From an uncultured bacterium (GTDB lineage Bacteria > Methylomirabilota > Methylomirabilia > Methylomirabilales > CSP1-5), in contig CAZLDS010000007.1 in assembly GCA_964558395.1 (NCBI GenBank), positions 6,099 through 70,098 of the forward strand: a DNA stretch of 64,000 nt, in the 5' to 3' direction. Within the stretch, counting starts at the first letter, position 1. Each line of letters begins with the position of its first letter. Positions 1-9,499 of the stretch are shown here, one piece after another. Under the pieces are notes generated by a model, which ran no database searches, was not told where the DNA came from, and saw only the letters and a list, made by a program, of their open reading frames with translations. Both the position numbers and the translations under genes were made by a program.

Positions 1-95
1 AATGAGGGACGCGGGGCCGCGCGCGAATGCGATCGGTACCTCATGGGTTCGACCGACCTGCCCTGATCCTCCTTAATTCTCCATTCCCGGTACGA

Positions 96-980
96 CTATG
101 GAACGGGAGGCTGGCCTGCCTCGATCCAGGCGCTATACCAGAGACTTCCGAGGTCCGTCGCTGCTTGGGCCATGCTCAGCTTGGCTAACCGACCGGCAAA
201 GAGATACAACGCGGCATAATAGGCATCGTCATAGCCACGAATCCGCTGACTTGCCAGGGTGTCGGCGCGCAGCAGGTTATCCACCCACACATAGCTGTCA
301 ATGAGGAAGTCGAACGTGAAGGCTAGCGGGTCCCCTGTCCGCTGGGCCGGGTGTGTGAACGCATCCAGGTCACGGTATTGCGAAAGATGCCGGCGGATCA
401 ACTCGCTCTCAAACCGCGTATGGATCCCGCGGTTTCCGGTCATTTGACCATCATTGTTCGCGGTGGTGTGTAGCGGCTGATGCCCGTCGGCCACATAGTG
501 GCCAAGATGGGCCGCGACCAACGGCACGCGTTCCCAGTCCGACGCCCGCATGGTGTCGACCAGTTCGTGATACAGCTCTTCGATCCGCCAGGGGAGCAGC
601 CCGGCGCCCTCCAGCCGCTGCCGGCCGTACTTCGCCAATGCCTGCTGGTAGCCCCGAGGAATTCCTTGGAAGGGAAAGCGGTCCAGCTCATCCAAGTCAA
701 ACCAATGGTAGATTCGCTCTGCCTCTTCATTCTGAGCAGTTAAGACTGTATCGGGATCCTTGCCGTGTTCGCCAATGAAGGCTTGGTGCTTCATAAAGAA
801 GCTCCGGAGAGGCTCGAGTAACGTGGTGCAGGCCGCCCGATTGATGAGGACGTGCGCCTGGAGACCCCAGCCGTAGGCCAACACCGGCCATGAGAGGCCG
901 AAACCCAGTATGGCAAGCCCAAGCGCGCATGTCAGGCGCGCCCCGCGCTTGAGGTCCTGCACATCGATCCGCATGGACAC
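96..980 (-). CDS. S1/P1-type zinc nuclease / phospholipase C superfamily protein, secreted
   Basis: N-terminal hydrophobic signal followed by GWGLQAH (mature-N-terminal Trp plus His). HYVADGHQPLH matches the S1/P1 HxxxDxxQPLH metal-ligand motif. Confidence 0.6.
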   Translation of the reverse strand: MSMRIDVQDLKRGARLTCALGLAILGFGLSWPVLAYGWGLQAHVLINRAACTTLLEPLRSFFMKHQAFIGEHGKDPDTVLTAQNEEAERIYHWFDLDELDRFPFQGIPRGYQQALAKYGRQRLEGAGLLPWRIEELYHELVDTMRASDWERVPLVAAHLGHYVADGHQPLHTTANNDGQMTGNRGIHTRFESELIRRHLSQYRDLDAFTHPAQRTGDPLAFTFDFLIDSYVWVDNLLRADTLASQRIRGYDDAYYAALYLFAGRLAKLSMAQAATDLGSLWYSAWIEAGQPPVP

Positions 981-1115
981 ACTGTGCCATAGGGGCCGGA
1001 AAGTTCCAAGACGAAAGGGGTATGCAATCCCGTCGATCGGGACAAGCTGCGCTCTTGGGTGGCACGGGTATTGCTAATTTCGCATCTGTTACGCGACAGT
1101 CGTGGGGGGCCAGAC

Positions 1116-1655
1116 ATGGGATCAGGAGCGAGGGAGATACGGGGTCGATGGATATTCATCTTGGGTGTGGTGACCCTGTCCGTGGTGGGCTGCTCGCAGC
1201 CCTCGACACCAGTCACCGAACTGAAATATCTTCCGCTCAATAACACCGAAGGCATCATCACCCGGTCACATATCACCCTTGATAACCAAATTTCCAGCGA
1301 CGGTAAGGGTTCCTTGCGAATCGACGCGACCGCGCCTACCGTTGTGCGTCTCTTTGAGGTGAGAGGACTTGACGTCGAGAATGCCCGATTAATCTACCGG
1401 GCTAAGGTCCGCACCGAAGCGATCGATGGCCAAGTGTACCTCGAGATGTGGTGTCACTTTCCCGGCAAGGGAGAATTCTTCTCACGCGGTCTTCAGACGC
1501 CTCTCACAGGAACCACCGATTGGACCACCGAAGAGACCCCGTTCTTTCTGAAAAAGGGAGAGAAACCTGATTTCGTCAAGCTCAACCTGGTGATCGACGG
1601 CACGGGGACCGTTTGGATTGATGATATTCACCTGTTAAAAGGCCCGTTGCACTAG
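1116..1655 (+). CDS. lipoprotein of unknown function (beta-rich, CBM/jelly-roll-like)
   Basis: Internal ATG at 1116 gives a signal peptide ending in the lipobox VVGC. The tracked ORF begins at 1059. No recognisable catalytic motif. Confidence 0.5.
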   Translation: MGSGAREIRGRWIFILGVVTLSVVGCSQPSTPVTELKYLPLNNTEGIITRSHITLDNQISSDGKGSLRIDATAPTVVRLFEVRGLDVENARLIYRAKVRTEAIDGQVYLEMWCHFPGKGEFFSRGLQTPLTGTTDWTTEETPFFLKKGEKPDFVKLNLVIDGTGTVWIDDIHLLKGPLH

Positions 1656-1668
1656 GAAGAAACATACG

Positions 1669-2388
1669 GTGGACACGAAGTCCCAGAGTTCTATGCCTTC
1701 CCGGACGGCGCCGGGTCGGCCGGCGCCGATCCACCCTGGGGATTCTCCCCTTTGGCCGAAGCATCTCCTGGATATTTTTATTCGTCCAACTCGCTTTTTC
1801 TCGTCACAACTTGCTCTTGGGAAGACTCCCTACGCCGTTGGAGTGACATGGTGCTTCGGGATCGCCCATGCCATGGATCGGATTGACCAGTACATGCTGC
1901 GGGCAGAGTTGGGCCGGCCGAGACCGGGATGGGAGCACCTCGCGCCGCTGATCACGGAGTCGTGGCTCGGGTATTGGGTCGTCGTCCTCGTCATGGGGAG
2001 CATTGGTGGTTTTTTTCTCTGGTGGCTTGGCGGTTGGTGGTACACCGTCCGCCTTCGGTGGTCTGGGGAGCGGAAGCCAGACAGGACACTCGCACGGCTG
2101 GTCTATGTATACTCTTCCTTTGTCTGGTCAGGTCCAATCGTCATCGCAGCGTTGATCGCGACGGCATACTTCGCCAACTACCAGCAGGCGTGGAACACTG
2201 ACGAACCGTACTCTCTCGGTCTCCTCATTTTCCCTTTCTGGTCACTCATAACGAGCTACCGCGGGGCCACAACCCTCTCTAATCTATCTCGAGGAAGAGC
2301 ACGGCTGTGCTTCGTAATCCTTCCGGCGATTTTCTATCTCGTGGTCTTCGGTTTCGTCGCAGCACTCGTCGCAACCGTCGCGCGATAG
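1669..2388 (+). CDS. YIP1-like polytopic membrane protein
   Basis: 239-aa ORF with about 5 hydrophobic helices and an N-terminal LLDIFIRPTRFF segment typical of Yip1-domain proteins. Confidence 0.45.
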   Translation: MDTKSQSSMPSRTAPGRPAPIHPGDSPLWPKHLLDIFIRPTRFFSSQLALGKTPYAVGVTWCFGIAHAMDRIDQYMLRAELGRPRPGWEHLAPLITESWLGYWVVVLVMGSIGGFFLWWLGGWWYTVRLRWSGERKPDRTLARLVYVYSSFVWSGPIVIAALIATAYFANYQQAWNTDEPYSLGLLIFPFWSLITSYRGATTLSNLSRGRARLCFVILPAIFYLVVFGFVAALVATVAR

Positions 2389-2426
2389 GCGCTCTATACT
2401 CTCACGACTTCAATTCCCGTAAGCCC

Positions 2427-2455
2427 TTGACATTCAAGCTTTTTTCGGATATTAT
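2427..2455 (+). promoter_or_regulatory. sigma70-type promoter of acnA
   Basis: TTGACA (2427-2432), 17-nt spacer, TATTAT (2450-2455). Lies about 110 nt upstream of the acnA ATG. Confidence 0.6.
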
Positions 2456-2568
2456 ATATGAGTAGCCCCCTCCTGTGGTGGCCCGTCTCCCCATCTTCGC
2501 TGGAGCGCAATTGCTGCGATTTGGTCCACCAACCGGTATCATCCTTTTGTCAAGAAGGGAGCCAAACG

Positions 2569-5283
2569 ATGGTGAAGAAGAGCAGCGACCGACTGGGCAC
2601 GCGGGCTTCGTTGGACACCGCCAGCGGGAGCGCGGTCATCTACCGGCTCGATCGCCTGGAAAAGACGGGCGTCGGCTCGATCTCGCGCCTGCCGTTCTCG
2701 ATCAAGGTGCTACTGGAAGCGGTGCTCCGTCACTGTGATGGAGATATGATCACCGAAGAGGATGTAACTGCCCTGGCTGCGTGGCAGGCGGCAAGGCCGG
2801 CTGATCGCGAGGTGCCTTTCAGACCAGCCCGCGTCATTCTCCAGGACTTCACGGGAGTGCCGTCGGTCGTGGATCTCGCCGCCATGCGCTCGGCCATGAA
2901 GCGGCTCGGCGGCGATCCTGCGCGGATTAACCCCGCGGTTCCCGTCGACCTGGTGATCGACCACTCAGTGCAGGTGGATTTTTTCGGGTCGCCGCTGGCT
3001 CTCGTGCGCAACGCCGAGATCGAATTTCAGCGGAACCATGAACGATACGAGTTCCTAAACTGGGGGCAGAAGGCCTTCGCGAACTTCCGTGTCGTGCCTC
3101 CGGCGACCGGCATCGTGCACCAAGTCAATCTGGAATTTCTGGCCAAGGTCGTGCAGGCTCGCAAAGACGGTAATGACCTCCTCCTCTTCCCCGACACGCT
3201 GGTGGGTACCGACTCTCACACGACGATGATCAATGGACTGGGAGTGCTCGGCTGGGGCGTCGGGGGGATCGAGGCCGAGGCGGTCATGCTCGGTCAACCA
3301 CTTTACTTTCTCACACCCCAGGTGGTGGGGTTCAAGCTGCATGGGCGCCTGCGTGAAGGGGTCACGGCCACCGACCTTGTCCTGACCGTCACCCAGATGC
3401 TCAGGAAGAAGGGGGTCGTGGACAAGTTTGTGGAGTTTTACGGCAGTGGTCTTTCCCAGATGACCCTTCCGGACCGGGCCACCGTCGCCAACATGTCACC
3501 CGAGTATGGTGCCACCATGGGGTTCTTCCCCGTGGACGAGGAGACTCTGCGGTACTTACAGAGAACCGGCCGGACCGCAGAGGAGGTCAGCGGAGTCGAG
3601 CGGTACTGCAAAGAGCAGGGGATTTTCCGCACGGACGAAACACCGGATCCCACGTTCTCTGACACGCTGGAGCTGGACCTCGGTACCGTCGAGCCGAGTC
3701 TCGCCGGGCCTAAACGGCCTCAAGACCGCGTTTCCCTCAGGGCCATGCAAGAGACCTTTCGCAAATCACTCACGGCCCCGGTCAAGGAGCGCGGATTTGG
3801 GCTGTCCGCCGCGGAACTCTCTCGAGCGGGGGTTCTGCGTTTTGACGGCACCCAAGCCAGTATCGGACATGGGTCAGTTGTGATTGCCGCAATCACGTCC
3901 TGCACGAATACCTCGAACCCATCGGTGATGTTGGCGGCAGGGTTGCTGGCCAAGCGGGCCGTCGAGCGCGGACTCAAGATTCCTCCGTATGTGAAGACGA
4001 GCCTGGCGCCCGGATCAAAGGTGGTGAGCGAGTACCTGAAAGAAGCGGGCCTCCAGCCTTATCTGGATCAGCTGGGCTTCAACCTCGTGGGCTACGGCTG
4101 CACCACGTGTATCGGCAACAGTGGCCCTCTGCCGGAAGCGGTGGCCACGGCGGTGAACGAAAATGAGCTGGTTGCCGCCGCCGTCCTCTCCGGGAACCGC
4201 AACTTCGAAGGACGCATCCATCCACACGTCAAGGCAAACTACTTGGCTTCTCCGCCGCTGGTGGTAGCGTACGCAATCGCCGGGACCGTCGACATCGACC
4301 TGACGAAGGATCCGATCGGCCATGATAACCAAGGAGCGTGTGTCTATCTCAGGGATATCTGGCCTTCCCAGGAAGAAGTCACCGCAACCATGAGCCAAGC
4401 GGTGCAACCTGCGATGTTTCAGGAAATGTATGCAAATGTCTGGGATGGCAATCCGGCGTGGAATGCGATCCCCGTGCACGGGGGCGCACTCTACGAGTGG
4501 CGCGATGACTCGACGTACATTCAGGAGCCGCCCTTCTTCGTTGATCTCACGCCCGAGCCGTCATCGATTCGTGACATCCGTGGCGCGAGAGTGCTAGCGG
4601 TCCTGGGCGATTCGGTGACGACCGATCACATCTCGCCCGCGGGTGATATTCCGGTCGACAGCCCGGCCGGTCGCTATTTCATCGAGCGCGGCATCGAAAA
4701 GAAAGACTTTAACTCGTACGGCTCCCGCCGGGGTAATGACCGGGTAATGGTGCGCGGATCCTTCGCCAACATTCGGCTCAAGAACCTGCTTGTCCCCGGA
4801 ACCGAGGGAGGTATCACTGGTCACTTCCCCGACGGAGAGCGCATGTGGATCTACGACGCTGCCATGCGGTACAAAGCAGAGGAAGTGCCGCTCGTCGTCA
4901 TTGCGGGCAAAGAGTACGGCAGCGGCTCTTCGCGTGACTGGGCGGCCAAGGGAACGTTGCTTTTAGGGGTCAAGGCAGTGCTGGCGGAGAGCTACGAACG
5001 CATCCACCGCAGCAACCTGGTCGGCATGGGGGTACTCCCGCTCCAATTCAAAGAGGGCGAAAATTCCGCTTCACTGGGCCTCACCGGGCAAGAAGTCGTT
5101 GATATCGTCGGCCTCAGCGATAACATCCATCCCCGACAAGAGGTGCGCATCAGCGCGTTGCGGCCGGACGGAACCCGGCTGAACTTCACCGTGGTCGCCC
5201 GTCTCGACTCAGTCATCGAGGTGAAATATTACCGCAATGGGGGAATCCTCCAGACCGTCTTGCGCAGCTTCCTAAGAAATTAG
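2569..5283 (+). CDS. acnA: aconitate hydratase A
   Basis: Full-length match to the AcnA/IRP family: [19 protein letters not shown], the Fe-S ligand region SCTNTSNP and [12 protein letters not shown] at 2569 is preceded by AAGGGAG. The tracked ORF start at 2458 looks like an extension. Confidence 0.95.
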   Translation: MVKKSSDRLGTRASLDTASGSAVIYRLDRLEKTGVGSISRLPFSIKVLLEAVLRHCDGDMITEEDVTALAAWQAARPADREVPFRPARVILQDFTGVPSVVDLAAMRSAMKRLGGDPARINPAVPVDLVIDHSVQVDFFGSPLALVRNAEIEFQRNHERYEFLNWGQKAFANFRVVPPATGIVHQVNLEFLAKVVQARKDGNDLLLFPDTLVGTDSHTTMINGLGVLGWGVGGIEAEAVMLGQPLYFLTPQVVGFKLHGRLREGVTATDLVLTVTQMLRKKGVVDKFVEFYGSGLSQMTLPDRATVANMSPEYGATMGFFPVDEETLRYLQRTGRTAEEVSGVERYCKEQGIFRTDETPDPTFSDTLELDLGTVEPSLAGPKRPQDRVSLRAMQETFRKSLTAPVKERGFGLSAAELSRAGVLRFDGTQASIGHGSVVIAAITSCTNTSNPSVMLAAGLLAKRAVERGLKIPPYVKTSLAPGSKVVSEYLKEAGLQPYLDQLGFNLVGYGCTTCIGNSGPLPEAVATAVNENELVAAAVLSGNRNFEGRIHPHVKANYLASPPLVVAYAIAGTVDIDLTKDPIGHDNQGACVYLRDIWPSQEEVTATMSQAVQPAMFQEMYANVWDGNPAWNAIPVHGGALYEWRDDSTYIQEPPFFVDLTPEPSSIRDIRGARVLAVLGDSVTTDHISPAGDIPVDSPAGRYFIERGIEKKDFNSYGSRRGNDRVMVRGSFANIRLKNLLVPGTEGGITGHFPDGERMWIYDAAMRYKAEEVPLVVIAGKEYGSGSSRDWAAKGTLLLGVKAVLAESYERIHRSNLVGMGVLPLQFKEGENSASLGLTGQEVVDIVGLSDNIHPRQEVRISALRPDGTRLNFTVVARLDSVIEVKYYRNGGILQTVLRSFLRN

Positions 5284-5522
5284 CAACGGCCTACCGTTCA
5301 TGCTAGACACGTCGATCCACGCCTGAACCCGTCTGCTCTCACCCCCCGAGGGGGACGCACTGAGGAGTCCAATTCCACGACGTCCTGCCAGAAAATAGAT
5401 CCCCTGCCTTGCAAGCTGGTTCCGCCGGATCCCGAGCTCGTGGACCCCCAAGGGTCATCCCTTTTCGCAAACTGGCCGGCTCGAACCAGAAGCCTGATAC
5501 ATAGGTAAAAATGGGATATTTT

Positions 5523-5548
5523 GTAATTTTTGGTAATTTTTATTGACT
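5523..5548 (+). promoter_or_regulatory. AT-rich tandem direct repeat (GTAATTTTT twice, 10-bp period) followed by a TTGACT -35-like hexamer
   Basis: GTAATTTTT at 5523-5531 and again at 5533-5541, then TTGACT at 5543-5548, about 45 nt upstream of the regulator ATG. No well-spaced -10 hexamer found. Confidence 0.3.
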
Positions 5549-5592
5549 TTGTTTCCAGTTTAAGATAGCCCTCTACTATTGAGGAGGGGGAA

Positions 5593-6492
5593 ATGGACCA
5601 GATGATGAACGCCAAAGAGGTTGCCGCTTATCTGGGAATCCATGAGAAGAAGGTCTATTATCTGGCGAAGGCGGGGAGGATCCCTTGCACGAGAGTGACC
5701 GGGAAATGGATCTTCCCTCGGACCCTTATTGACCAGTGGATTGAGGAGAGTGCCCGTCGACCCCCCAGGCGGCAAAAGCAGGAGGAAAGGCCCTTTCTTT
5801 TGGTGGCCGGCAGTGATGACCCCAGTCTCAGTATCCTCCGAGAACTCCATGCCAGGCGGCTGACCCCCACCTCGCTTTTCTTCGCAACTGTGGGAAGCAG
5901 CGCCGGCCTCGCGGCGATCCGGGACGGCGTAGCAGACCTCGCTCTGGTCCATCTGTTCGACCCGATCACCGGCGAGTACAATCTCCCATTCGTTTCCGAA
6001 ACCGTGCCTTCCCGCTCGGCGGTGGTCCCCCTCTTTTACCGCGAGCTGGGCCTAGTGGTAAGGCCTGTGAATCCGCTCGGAATCCGCACAGTCGCCGATC
6101 TGGCCCGGTCAGGTCTGAGGATCATCAACCGACAGAAAGGTTCCGGGACGCGCCTCTATCTCGAACAACAGCTCGCGCGGCTTTCGATCGAACCAACACA
6201 GATCAACGGCTATCAGGACGCCGTGGCAACGCACCTCGAGGTGGGCCTGAAGGTCCTCCGCGGAGAGGCGGATGCGGGCGTCGCGACCAGAGCAGCTGCT
6301 CGCCTCATCGGTCTCGACTTTGTCCCCCTTACTCGGGAGCGCTTTGATATCGTCATCGCACAAGAGCGCTTCTTCTCTCGGGGAGTCCAGGCTCTCATCG
6401 AGATTGTGAGCTCGCGGGAGTTTCGAACCCGCGTGGAATCCCTGAGAGGCTATGACACGAGTGAGTCTGGGCGGATCCTCACCGCCACATGA
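5593..6492 (+). CDS. transcriptional regulator: excisionase/MerR-type HTH plus PBP-like (oxyanion-binding-like) domain
   Basis: N-terminal MNAKEVAAYLGIHEKKVYYLAKAGRIPCTRVTGKWIF is an HTH_17-type motif. The C-terminal ~230 aa are homologous to the C-terminus of the MoeA fusion at 9500-10228 (TGEYNL, NRQKGSGTR, DPTQINGY, FVPLxRERxD, GYDTxExGR). RBS GAGGAGG. Confidence 0.75.
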   Translation: MDQMMNAKEVAAYLGIHEKKVYYLAKAGRIPCTRVTGKWIFPRTLIDQWIEESARRPPRRQKQEERPFLLVAGSDDPSLSILRELHARRLTPTSLFFATVGSSAGLAAIRDGVADLALVHLFDPITGEYNLPFVSETVPSRSAVVPLFYRELGLVVRPVNPLGIRTVADLARSGLRIINRQKGSGTRLYLEQQLARLSIEPTQINGYQDAVATHLEVGLKVLRGEADAGVATRAAARLIGLDFVPLTRERFDIVIAQERFFSRGVQALIEIVSSREFRTRVESLRGYDTSESGRILTAT

Positions 6493-6518
6493 AAACGAAC
6501 CATAGAGGGAAGAGAGCC

Positions 6519-6725
6519 ATGGAACTCAGTGCGCGGAACCACCTTCCGGGTATCGTGAAGACGGTCAAGCTGGGAAATGTGATGGCCGAGGTTGTCTTGG
6601 ACGTCGCCGGGAACGCCCTGGTGGCCGTGATCACCAGAGCGTCCGCGGAGCGCCTCCGTCTCAAAGATGGAGACCGCGTCACCGCCGTCATCAAAGCCAC
6701 CGAGGTGATGATCGCCAAAGGATAG
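6519..6725 (+). CDS. mop: Mop/TOBE-domain molybdate/tungstate-binding protein (molbindin)
   Basis: A 68-aa protein, MELSARNHLPGIVKTVKLGNVMAEV...ATEVMIAK, which is a single TOBE domain. RBS GAGGGAAG precedes the ATG at 6519. Confidence 0.8.
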   Translation: MELSARNHLPGIVKTVKLGNVMAEVVLDVAGNALVAVITRASAERLRLKDGDRVTAVIKATEVMIAKG

Positions 6726-6745
6726 GACGGACGAAGGAAGTGTCA

Positions 6746-7585
6746 ATGATCCGACGACAGATGTTCCGCAGCGCTTTCCTGGCGGGGTTGGCTTTTCTCT
6801 TGGTGTTTCCTTCCCGTCTCTGGTCGGCGGAACCCACTAGGAAGGACCTCATCCTCGCCACGACCACGAGCACCCGGGACTCCGGGCTCTTGGATGTCCT
6901 GATTCCGGTCTTCGAGAAGCAGACCGGCTACGTCGTCAAGACGATCGCGGTCGGAACAGGCAAGGCCTTGGCCATGGGCAAGCGAGGAGATGCCGACATC
7001 CTGATGACACACGCCCCGGCTGCCGAGACGCCGCTTGTCGCTGAGGGATGGCTGATCGACCGGGTACAGTTCATGCACAACGACTTCGTCTTGGTCGGGC
7101 CGGAAAGTGACCCGGCGGAGGCGGCACACGCCAAGAGCGCCGCGGCTGCCCTCAGGCAGATCGCCGAGGCAAAGGCGACCTTTGTCTCCCGGGGGGACAA
7201 CTCAGGCACACACAAGAAGGAGAAGGCCCTCTGTAAGGCAACGGCCATCACACCGTCGGGCGACTGGTACATCGAGTCGGGGCAGGGGATGGGGGCCACA
7301 CTCCGCATCGCCAGCGAGAAGAACGGTTATACCCTCACCGACCGAGCCACTTACCTCAACCTCCAGAAGACCCTGGCGTTAAAAATCCTCTTCGAAGGGG
7401 ATCCAGCGCTCCTCAACAAGTACAGCGTGATGCGAGTCAATCCCGCCAAGCACCCGACGGTGAATGCCGAGGGGGCCAGGGCGTTTCACGCCTGGCTGCT
7501 GAGCGCCGAGGCTCGGAACCTCATCCGGGACTACGGCAAGGGGCGATTCGGTCAGCCCCTGTTTTTCCTTGATCCGGTGAAGTAA
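6746..7585 (+). CDS. tupA: tungstate ABC transporter substrate-binding protein
   Basis: Signal peptide, then LATTTSTRDSGLLD (the TTTS motif characteristic of TupA) and SRGDNSGTH. An alternative GTG start is at 6740. Confidence 0.8.
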   Translation: MIRRQMFRSAFLAGLAFLLVFPSRLWSAEPTRKDLILATTTSTRDSGLLDVLIPVFEKQTGYVVKTIAVGTGKALAMGKRGDADILMTHAPAAETPLVAEGWLIDRVQFMHNDFVLVGPESDPAEAAHAKSAAAALRQIAEAKATFVSRGDNSGTHKKEKALCKATAITPSGDWYIESGQGMGATLRIASEKNGYTLTDRATYLNLQKTLALKILFEGDPALLNKYSVMRVNPAKHPTVNAEGARAFHAWLLSAEARNLIRDYGKGRFGQPLFFLDPVK

Positions 7586-7601
7586 CCGGAGCCACACATC
7601 T

Positions 7602-8315
7602 GTGGATCTGATCTTAGATGGGATACTCAAGGCGTTTCATCTCGTCTTCAACGGGGACGCTGAGGTCTGGGCGATCACATGGCTGTCCCTCAAGGTGTCG
7701 GGTTCCGCCACGCTGATCGCGCTGGTCGCCGGCATTCCGCTGGGGATTGTCCTCGCGATGGCCCGATTCCCCGGACGGCCACTCGCCGTAGCCCTGGTCA
7801 ATACCGGGATGGGCCTCCCTCCTGTTGTGGTAGGCCTCTTCATCAGCATCATGCTCTGGCGCAGTGGGCCGCTCGGCGTCCTCAATCTGATTTACACCCC
7901 CACCGCAATGGTGATTGCCCAGGTGGTCATCGCGTTTCCCATCGTCGCCGGCCTCACCATGGCCGCCTTCCAAACCCTAAACCCCAGGCTCCGGTTACAA
8001 CTGCTGGGGATTGGCGCCTCGCGGGTTCAACTCCTCTGGCTCCTCTGCAAGGAGGCGCGCCTCCCCCTGCTGGCGGCGGTTATGGCCGGCTTCGGGGGTG
8101 TTATCTCCGAGGTGGGCTCGGTGATTATGGTGGGCGGCAACATCAAAGGCCAAACCCGCGTCCTCACCACGGCCACGGTCCTAGAGACACAGATGGGAAA
8201 CTTCGGTACCGCTATCGCGTTGGGTGTGATCCTCCTCACCATGAGCTTTGGGGTGAACCTCCTCCTCACCCGGATCCAGCAACGGGAGCAGATCAGATGG
8301 CCGAAGCCCTCTTAG
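7602..8315 (+). CDS. tupB: tungstate ABC transporter permease
   Basis: 237-aa protein with 5-6 TM helices and a BPD-transporter fold, lying between tupA and the ATPase. GTG start. Confidence 0.8.
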   Translation: MDLILDGILKAFHLVFNGDAEVWAITWLSLKVSGSATLIALVAGIPLGIVLAMARFPGRPLAVALVNTGMGLPPVVVGLFISIMLWRSGPLGVLNLIYTPTAMVIAQVVIAFPIVAGLTMAAFQTLNPRLRLQLLGIGASRVQLLWLLCKEARLPLLAAVMAGFGGVISEVGSVIMVGGNIKGQTRVLTTATVLETQMGNFGTAIALGVILLTMSFGVNLLLTRIQQREQIRWPKPS

Positions 8316-9388
8316 TCCTCAAGGATATCCTCGTCCAGTACGGGCAGCTTCCCGTCCTTCAAGTCCCTTTAATGGAGGTCCACGCCGGGGAGATCCTGGC
8401 CGTCATCGGGCCCAACGGGGCCGGAAAATCGACTCTGTTGCGGGTAATGGGCCTCTTAGAGCAGCCAACGAAAGGGAAGGTCTTCTTCCAAGGCAGCCAG
8501 GTTACCCGAGAAAACGCCCTGGCCCTCAGGCGTTCTATGGCGAGCGTCTTCCAGGAGCCGCTCCTTCTCAACTCCACCGTCTACGAGAACGCCGCGCTGG
8601 GGCTGAAACTCCGGCATCTGGACCGATCGACAATCGAGCGGCGGGTCCGCCCCTGGCTGGAACGCCTCGGTATAGCCCACCTCGACCGGCGACCAGCCCG
8701 GAGCCTCTCGGGCGGCGAGGCTCAGCGCGTCAGCCTTGCCCGTGCGTTGGTCCTCGACCCGAAGCTGCTCCTCCTGGACGAGCCCTTTTCCGCCCTGGAC
8801 CCCCCCACCAGAGAGGGGCTCCTGCTCGACTTGGAGACGATCCTCCGGAAGATAGGGATCACCACCGTCTTCGTCACGCATGACCGCACCGAGGCTGCCA
8901 TCCTCGGAGATCGGGTCGGTGTCCTCTTGCAGGGAAGGCTCCCCCAGGTGGCCCCTTCAACCGAACTCTTCGCTCAACCGATCAGCGGGGCGATCGCTCA
9001 GTTCGTCGGAGTAGAGACCCAGCTCCCCGGGGTAGTGGAGACCAGCACAGGAGGGTTGACGCGGGTCCGGTTTGCCGGGGGGGAAGCGGATGTGGTGGGA
9101 GAGTTGCCGCCGGGGGAGCGCGTCCTCATCTGCCTGAGGCCAGAGGACATCACGCTGAGTCCTGCCGGCGTGGAGGATTTCAAGTCCAGCGCTCGGAATC
9201 GGCTCCGGGGGAGCGTGGTCAAGATTACCCCTTGGGGTTCCCACTATAGGGTTGTCGTGGACTGCAGCGGGAGCCACCTCGTGGCCTCGATCACCAAAGC
9301 CTCGTTCCTCGACTTGAAGCTCGGTGAAGGAGGTGAAGTGGTCGCCTCCTTCAAGGCCACCGCGGCCCACACGATAAGGCGAAGGTAG
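8297..9388 (+). CDS. tupC: tungstate/molybdate ABC transporter ATP-binding protein with C-terminal TOBE domain
   Basis: Walker A GPNGAGKS, signature LSGGEAQR, Walker B LLLLDEP, and a C-terminal TOBE domain (RLRGSVVKITPWG...). ATG at 8297 overlaps the tupB end. The tracked 569-aa ORF (from 7679) is an out-of-frame read through tupB. Confidence 0.85.
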   Translation: MAEALLVLKDILVQYGQLPVLQVPLMEVHAGEILAVIGPNGAGKSTLLRVMGLLEQPTKGKVFFQGSQVTRENALALRRSMASVFQEPLLLNSTVYENAALGLKLRHLDRSTIERRVRPWLERLGIAHLDRRPARSLSGGEAQRVSLARALVLDPKLLLLDEPFSALDPPTREGLLLDLETILRKIGITTVFVTHDRTEAAILGDRVGVLLQGRLPQVAPSTELFAQPISGAIAQFVGVETQLPGVVETSTGGLTRVRFAGGEADVVGELPPGERVLICLRPEDITLSPAGVEDFKSSARNRLRGSVVKITPWGSHYRVVVDCSGSHLVASITKASFLDLKLGEGGEVVASFKATAAHTIRRR

Positions 9389-9499
9389 TCCCGCAACCGT
9401 TGCCTTTCCGAGCGTCGGTCTGCTCTATATCGGCGCGGGCTTCTTCTGCCGGTTTCCCAAGGGAACAAATGCAAACAGGGCAATTCCGGAGCGAAGATT

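Noticed and set aside
5298-5615. 105-aa minus-strand ORF in the acnA-regulator intergenic region
   Set aside because: It spans the AT-rich promoter region and overlaps the regulator start, with no RBS or motif.
7679-8296. N-terminal 206 codons of the tracked 569-aa ORF leading into tupC
   Set aside because: This part overlaps tupB in another frame and is Arg/Pro/Gly-rich. The ABC ATPase begins at the ATG at 8297, with the Walker A motif about 40 residues downstream.
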